Shown here one piece after another: positions 54,959 through 62,287 of a DNA stretch of 62,287 bases (position 1 is its first letter; each line of letters begins with the position of its first letter). The DNA is from Histomonas meleagridis 2922-C6/04-290x (taxonomy: Eukaryota > Protista > Parabasalia). The notes under the pieces were generated by a model. It saw nothing but the letters and a program-made list of their open reading frames with translations, was not told the origin of the DNA and did no database searches. The stretch covers positions 1-62,287 of the forward strand of contig JAANOX010000182.1 in assembly GCA_020184695.1 (NCBI GenBank), given 5' to 3'. The position numbers and the translations under genes are program-made.

Positions 54959-55379
54959 TGGTAATAAACCGATCGTTTTCTCAAATTCTCCAGAAATTGA
55001 ATCAAACCGACTGTTTATTTGGCCACCGTTTTACCAATATTTTTAAACTGCCGGAAATGCATTGAAAAGGTTCAAACGTTCGGACATGTTATGTGAAAAG
55101 GATAAATTTGTGCTGTGAATTTCTTATTATAATTTAATTAATGTAAGATCATACAATTTATTAATGTACCTAGTGAAATAATAATGGTATTCTATACAAT
55201 TAAAAATTATAAAACACTAATTTGTTGGATGAATTTCATCATAAAATATTAAATTTGGGAATATTCCTTATTATAGTGCTCATCATTATAATTACTATGA
55301 TTCCTAATTCAGAGATAACTATAAAATTTATAATAAGATGGTTTTACTTAAGCATTTTTTATAAAAATTGAGAATAATT

Positions 55380-56930
55380 TAAGGAATTTCTTCAGTGTTC
55401 ATGTTGATTGAGTCTGTTAGTTTTTTGCACATCTCTTCTGTTATTGTATTTCTTTCCAAATCGGTGTAATATATACCGTCATTTAAAGTATGCTCTACTT
55501 TTATGTTTCTTTTGAAGTTTTTCCAGTTTTGAGTTGGGAAAGGTTTAGTCAAGCTTCAAACATTATAAATACTAATTTGAACTGCATAAAATGTCATATT
55601 CAGTCAATTTTACATATTTAAATGCTTACGTGATTTCTTCACATAAGGAAGCAAGTTTCCTACCACACATGTACCACCCACCTACCAAGTTTCCGACACC
55701 CCTAATTTTTAAACTAATTTAAATTTTATATCAATTCGAAGTTTTTAATAAAAAACTTTTTATTAATCAAGGTTTATCTCCTTATCCTGTGTCACCTCTA
55801 AGTCCGGATAATCACGATAAATACGTTCAGTAGCGTTTACATTCAATATTCCGTTTTCGTCAACATTAAACTTACAATCAATGGGGGTGTATTCATTACA
55901 TTTAATTTTCTCCAATTTTATTGTAGAAATGTCTTTACTATTATCAGACAATTCATTTTCATCAGCAATAACCTTAAAACATGGAAATAAATGCCAAACC
56001 ACTGACATAACATATGTTATATTACATGTAAATGGTAATGCCGTTCCACATTTTATTAATGTATCGAAACCATCACTTACTTTTATTCCATAGTTATTGG
56101 TGCATATCGGCTCAATTATAATATCGTTATTATATGTTAGGCGCGATGATTGATGCGCCTTTTACAATTGCTGTTAGTGGATCAATTGTTGTAACATTTT
56201 TATCACCAAAGAATGAAATAATCATTTCCTTAAACGTTGGTATTTTTGTTAAACCTCCTGCTAAAATTATATTATTAATATCACTTGGCTTTATTTGAGC
56301 AGCTGTTATGAATTTTTTAATCTTATTTGAGATACTACTAAATATATCTTCAGTAACATCTTCAAATTCAGCACGATTAAGCGTTTAATAATAGCCAATT
56401 CCATTATAAAAATTAGGAATACTAACTGATGAAGCCCTTGATAACGTGCGTATTGCTTTCTCACATTCATTAAGTATGAGATCAGAAATTTCTGATCTTT
56501 TGTTTATTTGAACTTTGCACCTTTCTTTCTTTTCGTATTTATTTAATAAGATGTAAAGATAATTTGTGATAAATTTCACGTGCTCCTATCAGTGAATCAC
56601 TTGACGTGAAAATTGGTTTCACTTTTTTGCCATCGAAATTTATAAGTGAAATTTCAAGTTTACTTGCGCCGAAATAACGAGATTAGTTTCTTTGTGTACA
56701 CATACCGATTATATTTGAGTAAGTCACAGCTGCAGATAATGTATAAACACTTATATCTAATTCAACTGAATACGAACAAATAAATAATTTTAATGGTGCA
56801 GAGCATATTATAGTTGAGGGTGGTGTTGAAGAAATAGATCATATTGCTTTTCATTTTTTTTTACTACCTTCAGTTGAGATTGAAGATTCAATAATTTCAA
56901 TTTCATCAACAGTGTGAAAAACGTGTGCCA
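55380..56930 (-). pseudogene. HSP70-like pseudogene (fragmented; boundaries approximate)
   Basis: Minus-strand pieces: ECEKAIRTLS, TLNRAEFED, AGGLTKIPTF..IDPLTAIVKGAS, LIKCGTALP, IDCKFNVDENGILNVNATE. Several stops and frameshifts. Confidence 0.75.
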
Positions 56931-57274
56931 GCTTCAATTACAGCTATTTAAAATATCAGAAGGAAATAAACATTTTTTAAATGATAATGGAATTTTATAT
57001 AATAAAAATTTTACAAAACTTCTTTGTTGTCCACAAGGAAATGCCAATAAATCATTGGAATTTTATTACTAACTTGGTTACAATTGATTGGAGAAATGCT
57101 GAAATTTATGAATAGTAAAACATTAAAATCCCTTAATTTTTTCCAGAAATGCATAAGATGGCATAAAATTGGATGCATTAAATTGCATCTAAAAGATTTT
57201 TGTCTGATTCCAATGAACTCAAACACAAGTTGATAAAAAAAGAGTATGGAAATATAAGATTAAATAACATTTAT

Positions 57275-57787
57275 TTAAACTAAATTTTTGTAACATCGAT
57301 CCACTTGATTCCAAAATTGTTTTGGTACACTCGATTCTTGATAGTAATCATAGTTGAAAGATTCTGTTGACTCAGGTGTACCGAATGAAATCGTTCCAGA
57401 AATATGATTAGGAGATGAACTCGAAATCGAAACAGGTGCAATCGATTTTAAGAGTATTAGTTCTTTCTCTGGGATGTAAGTTTTTTGTGCTGATTCAATT
57501 TCTTTTATTTCCATTTCTAATCTTTGTATTTCTAATTCCATATCATTTTTACGTTGAATTAAATCGTTTTTAACTTGAAGAAGCCTCTCTGTTTCCTGAT
57601 TTTGAAAGTTTTCTTGTGCTAATCTTTCATCGTTTATTGCTTTCTTTTTTTGATTATTTAATTCTGATATTTTTACAGGAAAACCTTTTTGTTCTTCTTG
57701 AATTCTATTAACTAAATTTTGAAATGAATCTGATAAATTTTGTTTTTCTTGTTTAATTTCTTGAAAGAGTTGAAATGGAAAGCTCAT
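57275..57787 (-). CDS. Coiled-coil protein with a small globular C-terminus (possibly Spc24-like)
   Basis: ATG at 57787 (MSFPFQLF); long coiled coil then ELILLKSIAP...ISGTISF...KQFWNQV. The Spc24 resemblance is tentative. Confidence 0.55.
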   Translation of the reverse strand: MSFPFQLFQEIKQEKQNLSDSFQNLVNRIQEEQKGFPVKISELNNQKKKAINDERLAQENFQNQETERLLQVKNDLIQRKNDMELEIQRLEMEIKEIESAQKTYIPEKELILLKSIAPVSISSSSPNHISGTISFGTPESTESFNYDYYQESSVPKQFWNQVDRCYKNLV

Positions 57788-57850
57788 AATGAATAAACGG
57801 TCGTTTTTAATTTTAAACGTAAATTTTTCATTTTCACATAACATTTCCAA

Positions 57851-58921
57851 ATGGCACAAGCCCCAAACAGAGCAAATCTCATTGCAGAGAGATTTAAGAC
57901 ATATAAAGTTCTTGGTGAAGGTACATATGGTGTTGTTTTTATTGCCAAAGATATGAAAGAAAATAAAATGGTCGCTTTAAAGAAATTCAGACTTCGAAAT
58001 GTTAATCAAGGACTTGATTTCAACACTATCCAAGAAATACGTCAACTCTCTGAGTTAAATCATCCCAATATTGTTCGTTTCATTGGTGCTTTTAATAATG
58101 AAGGCACACTTTATATAGCAACAGAATTTCATCCAGTTAGCTTAAGTGTTTTAATTTCAAATGACCAGGGTTCTCCTCTTCTTTCATTTGCCCAAATTAA
58201 ATGTTGTATGCGGATGTTATTACAAGGAATGAAATATCTCCATGAGAACTTCGTTTTACATAGGGATCTTAAACCATCCAACATTCTTATGAGTAATGGT
58301 GGCATACTCAAGATTATTGATTTTGGTTTGTCTACCGAATATCCATCAGATACCGGACCAATGCTTTCCCAAGTTGCCACTATTTGGTACAGAGCTCCTG
58401 AGCTTTGTTTTGGTGCTCGCTATTATGGACCAGCTATTGACATGTGGTCAGTTGGTTGTATTTTTGCAGAAATGTTTCTTGGTCAACCTTTCCTTCCTTC
58501 AAATAATACTGACCTTGGACAACTCCAAACAATTGCCAATGTTTTCGGCCCTCTAGTTTGGCCTGGCTGTGATAAGCTTCCAGGTTTCCTTAAAATCGAA
58601 CCTCAAATCCCTATCGTTCCTCTATCGGAGCGGTTTCCCGCGTTACGAAACCAAGTTGATGCTCTCGACTTGTTGGCTAAGCTCTTCATATTAGATCCAT
58701 TAAAAAGGATAACTGCTGAGGAAGCACTTAACCATCCTTATTTCCAAGCATATCCACCACCTTCTTTACCATCTGAGTTACCAATTACAAGCAGAACGCC
58801 AAAATCTATAACTGCATATTTGGCAACCACTGGTTTAACTGGTTATACTGGAACAGGTGCAATAACTTCACGTGTAAGATATGCACCTGGAACAACGTTA
58901 AACAAAGGACTTCCTGGCTAA
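57851..58921 (+). CDS. CMGC cyclin-dependent kinase, CDK7/MO15-like
   Basis: GEGTYG, VALKK, HRDLKPSN, DFG, QVATIWYRAPELCFGARYYGPAIDMWSVGCIFAEM, PPPSLPSELP tail. Confidence 0.85.
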   Translation: MAQAPNRANLIAERFKTYKVLGEGTYGVVFIAKDMKENKMVALKKFRLRNVNQGLDFNTIQEIRQLSELNHPNIVRFIGAFNNEGTLYIATEFHPVSLSVLISNDQGSPLLSFAQIKCCMRMLLQGMKYLHENFVLHRDLKPSNILMSNGGILKIIDFGLSTEYPSDTGPMLSQVATIWYRAPELCFGARYYGPAIDMWSVGCIFAEMFLGQPFLPSNNTDLGQLQTIANVFGPLVWPGCDKLPGFLKIEPQIPIVPLSERFPALRNQVDALDLLAKLFILDPLKRITAEEALNHPYFQAYPPPSLPSELPITSRTPKSITAYLATTGLTGYTGTGAITSRVRYAPGTTLNKGLPG

Positions 58922-59077
58922 AATAAAAATTGTTGTTTTCATAATTTTTAATGAAAAGGAATAAAAAATGTGTGCGATGCATATTCCGTTTTATTTTTTG
59001 GCATTGTAATGAAATAATTATTTTTGCAACAATTTGCATAGATAAAAGTGTCAGAAAGAGCTCTTCGAAATAAGTTT

Positions 59078-59234
59078 ATTCAAACATGCTTTGTTGTTGT
59101 TATCTATAACATTTTTATTAATTGTAAAATTATATAACAAATTATCGGAAAGTGCTTAATATGTCAATTCAAACATGCGTTGTTGTTGTTATCTATAACA
59201 TTTTTATTAATTGTAAATTTATATAACAAATTAT
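59078..59234. repeat. Near-tandem 68-bp direct repeat (59078-59145 and 59167-59234)
   Basis: ATTCAAACATGC(T/G)TTGTTGTTGTTATCTATAACATTTTTATTAATTGTAAA(A/T)TTATATAACAAATTAT; 2 mismatches, period 89. Confidence 0.9.
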
Positions 59235-59321
59235 TTTAATCAATGTTGAAACAAATAAATTATATAATGAATTGCTTATTAAAATAATGAAAATAATTCA
59301 ATATTTATTAAAAAATCAATA

Positions 59322-60618
59322 TCATATATTGAAATTATTGTCTTCGTTAAAATCTTTCGCAAATGGGTCTTCTTCCACATGTGCAACACTTAAACCAGAT
59401 GAGAAGTTATTAATTCCTTCATCAATTTGATTTACTGTTATATTTTCAATTTCGTATTTATTTTCGTCACTACTTTGTTGTTTATTAAATTTCCGACGAT
59501 ATATATAAATAACAACAATAACAGCAATTATTATTACAATAACTACACACACAACAACAATAATTATTACATTTATGTTTTGATTATTATTATTATCATT
59601 TGTTCCTTCGTTTTGATAAAAAACAGTGAAGAAATCTGAATAAAATGAATATTGTGTCGAATATTGAACAATAAAATAGTCATAATAAAAAAGTATAGTA
59701 TCAATGTTAGTGTATACTGAATCAATTATAGTGAATGTAATTGTATTTGTATATGTGCTTTGCATTGTAACTGTTTCTGTATTGATATGAATATTTGTCA
59801 AAATTTTTGAAAATGAAATTGTTACATCAATTTGATTTGTTGAATTATATATATATATTTGTGTTGCAAATGTATTTGATTTATAAAATGTGTTTGTGTT
59901 CGAAATATAAAATGTAATATTTTGCGAATGTGTAATTGATTTCGTAAATGTGTTAGAATTTGTTATAAAGAATTCCATCGTTATTATAATTACAAAAATT
60001 TAAATTGTCTTCATCAACTGTTATAGTTTCAAGATGAATACAATATGCAAATACTCCACTTCCAAGTGTTTCAAGTGATTTTGGAATAGTAATATGAGTT
60101 AATGATTCACAACCATCAAATCCATGTGTAGTAATAGTTTGTAATGTATTTGGTAATTCAACATTTGCTAACAATTTACAATCCCCAAATGCATAATTTG
60201 AAATAGTTGTAAGTGTTTGACTAAAAACAACTGTTTCTAGATAATAACAATACTGAAATGCTAATGCATCAATAGTTTCGACTGAATCACTCATAATAAC
60301 TGATGTAAGACTCCAATTTTGAAAAGATGATCCTGGAATTTCAATAATTTCATCACCAATTATAAGATGTAGTGCTTCCTTTTTATGATCGTCATTGAAT
60401 TCATCTACATTAGTTATAGTTAAAGTTTTTGTTGAATCATCAAAAGTTTCAAATGAATGTGAAAATAATATTATAAATATAAATGGAATTATAGATAAAT
60501 TTGTGTTTCTTTTGTAGGAAATAAAATTTTTAATGAAAATAATAATAACAAAAGAAATAACAATACTAGAAACATACGTAATGATTTTTGGAATCCCATT
60601 TTTATTGGTATTTGACAT
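59322..60618 (-). pseudogene. BspA-like LRR surface protein with an out-of-frame internal junction (start uncertain)
   Basis: LRR_5 repeats end at DGILYNKF*. An overlapping frame continues with an S/T-rich stalk, TM VIIIVVVCVVIVIIIAVIVVIYIY and an EEDPFAKDF tail. Confidence 0.75.
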
Positions 60619-62287
60619 AATATTATGTGATTTTAGTAAATAAATGTGAATGGGACTACCATTGTATACACTGATTTGATTTTTTGCGCAAGGTACGAAT
60701 GGCATTTTTATGTGAGAAAATATAACATCATTTAATAAAAATTTTGGCTGTTGATTTCCTATGATAATATTTATATCATAGTTCCATAAAACGTTTCGTT
60801 TATTTGCAGAATGTTGCATTGTTGCCAAGCAATAACATCCTACATTTGACCTTTTTTTCCAGAATGCATTCCAGTTTTCAAAATATTTAAAGATAATACA
60901 AATAGATAAAATGCAAAAACAAGCTGCGTCCAACGTAAGTTTTGAAACATAATTATTCATTTGAAAATAAGATTGTTATTTTTGCTGTCACCAGGAACTT
61001 TCTTCGAGGATTGAATATTTTTCAATTTTTGAATCCTGACGTAAAACCATAAGATTGAATAATTGTGAAAAAATACGATCATAATTTTATCGAATGATTC
61101 GAAAAGCTAAATTATGATCAAACCTATCGGTTTCTAGAAAATTATCTTACAAAAAGTACTATCGTTTTTCGATTTTCATAATTCAAAATCGATTTTCATT
61201 TTTCAGGTTACTGAAAATACAACAAACGGTTGCATACGCAAGAATCAGTGCGGAATTTTAATGTAATTGTTGTGTTCTTATTTTCTATTATATTTTCTTA
61301 TGTTGCTTTATGGTACAATGCACTTCAAAATGCAATTTTAAAAATTGATTATCCAATTGTGTTGCAACAAATAACTATATAAACTTAACTTTAAAATAGT
61401 TATTTATCCATTATATGCGAAGCTTTGCATATTCTTAACATCAAAAAATATGTTTATGCATTGCATTCATTTTTATTTTTTAGATCAAAATCAGAGTTCT
61501 AAAAAACCTTTAAATAATTTCTCATTTTAACCGTTTTCTAATAAGGTTCACCTCAAGTAGTGGTTCCGACCAATTATTCTCACAAAAAATCGTAAGGTAA
61601 AGTTAAGAATTACACTTAACGTTCATTCTTGTTATTTTTTTTTTTTTTTTGACTCTGGAGAGCTATAAGGATAATATTTCATTTATTTACCGAGATCACC
61701 TCCAAAGCCGCTGTTTAGATCTTTAAGTTTTTTATCTTCTTTCAGATTGATTTATTTTATGTCTTCCTCATATATGAGACTGAATAGATTGGTTCAACAT
61801 AATGTACTACGTGCTGCATACAGCACCATTATTTTTATTATGTTTTTTTCCAGAAATTCCTAATTTTGTTCGTGAGAACTTCAAAAAGTGGATTTATCAT
61901 AATTAAGTAAATAAACCTTACAATTGAGTATAATAAACCATTTAAATTTCCATAAAAAGTGCCATCAAGCTATTTAATTTTTCCAAAGTTATCCTGTGTC
62001 TGATCGCTGTTCTCATGAATTCGCTTTTGAGGAACCTAACAAAGTTAACCCATTTTGTGGCATTGATAAAAAAAGGGTGAATTTCTAGAGTCTTGATGAT
62101 CTTTTGGCATGAAAATTTTCATAATAAATATAATTTTTCTCAAAATTAATAATATTTATTTTAGAAAAAAACTAATAGTATCCTTAGCAATGTTATTGTG
62201 CATATAGATATGTATAAATGATCAAAAAATTATGAAATAATTTTTTGATCAAATTTCGAAATATTCGATTTATATACTTGTAAATAA

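Noticed and set aside
61600-62130. Short coding-like patches near the window end
   Set aside because: Interrupted by stops, with no recognisable family.
1-62287. tRNA, rRNA or snRNA genes and alternative genetic code
   Set aside because: No cloverleaf or rRNA-like segment was recognised. Long ORFs terminate normally at TAA/TGA/TAG, so stop reassignment does not explain the breaks.

Overview
AT-rich eukaryotic genomic DNA, most consistent with a parabasalid (trichomonad) protist. This is inferred from compact, almost intron-free genes, BspA-type LRR surface proteins, a DUF3447-like ankyrin gene and CCGTT/Inr-like core promoter motifs. About 25 apparently intact genes are present: WD40, SGT1-like, RhoGAP, pecanex-like, gamma-adaptin, BEACH, GCN2-like, MFS, choline/ethanolamine kinase and CDK7-like among them. 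The window also has a decayed hAT transposase with an inverted degraded copy at the start, a complete but dead mariner element with TIRs, BspA and HSP70 pseudogenes, and an exact 412-bp duplicate of an MFS gene interior. The outstanding feature is the ankyrin gene at 44575-46901. Its repeats recur at exactly 170 nt. Each 80-nt linker parses as four 17-nt AT-rich non-coding blocks, each followed by one codon. Reading only those codons rebuilds canonical ankyrin hairpins (KDQDGLT, KDKDGLT, KNKEGET) in one open frame. That makes 28 exact 17-nt interruptions without GT-AG ends, separated by 3-nt coding islands, which points to an unusual splicing, editing or ribosomal-bypass system.
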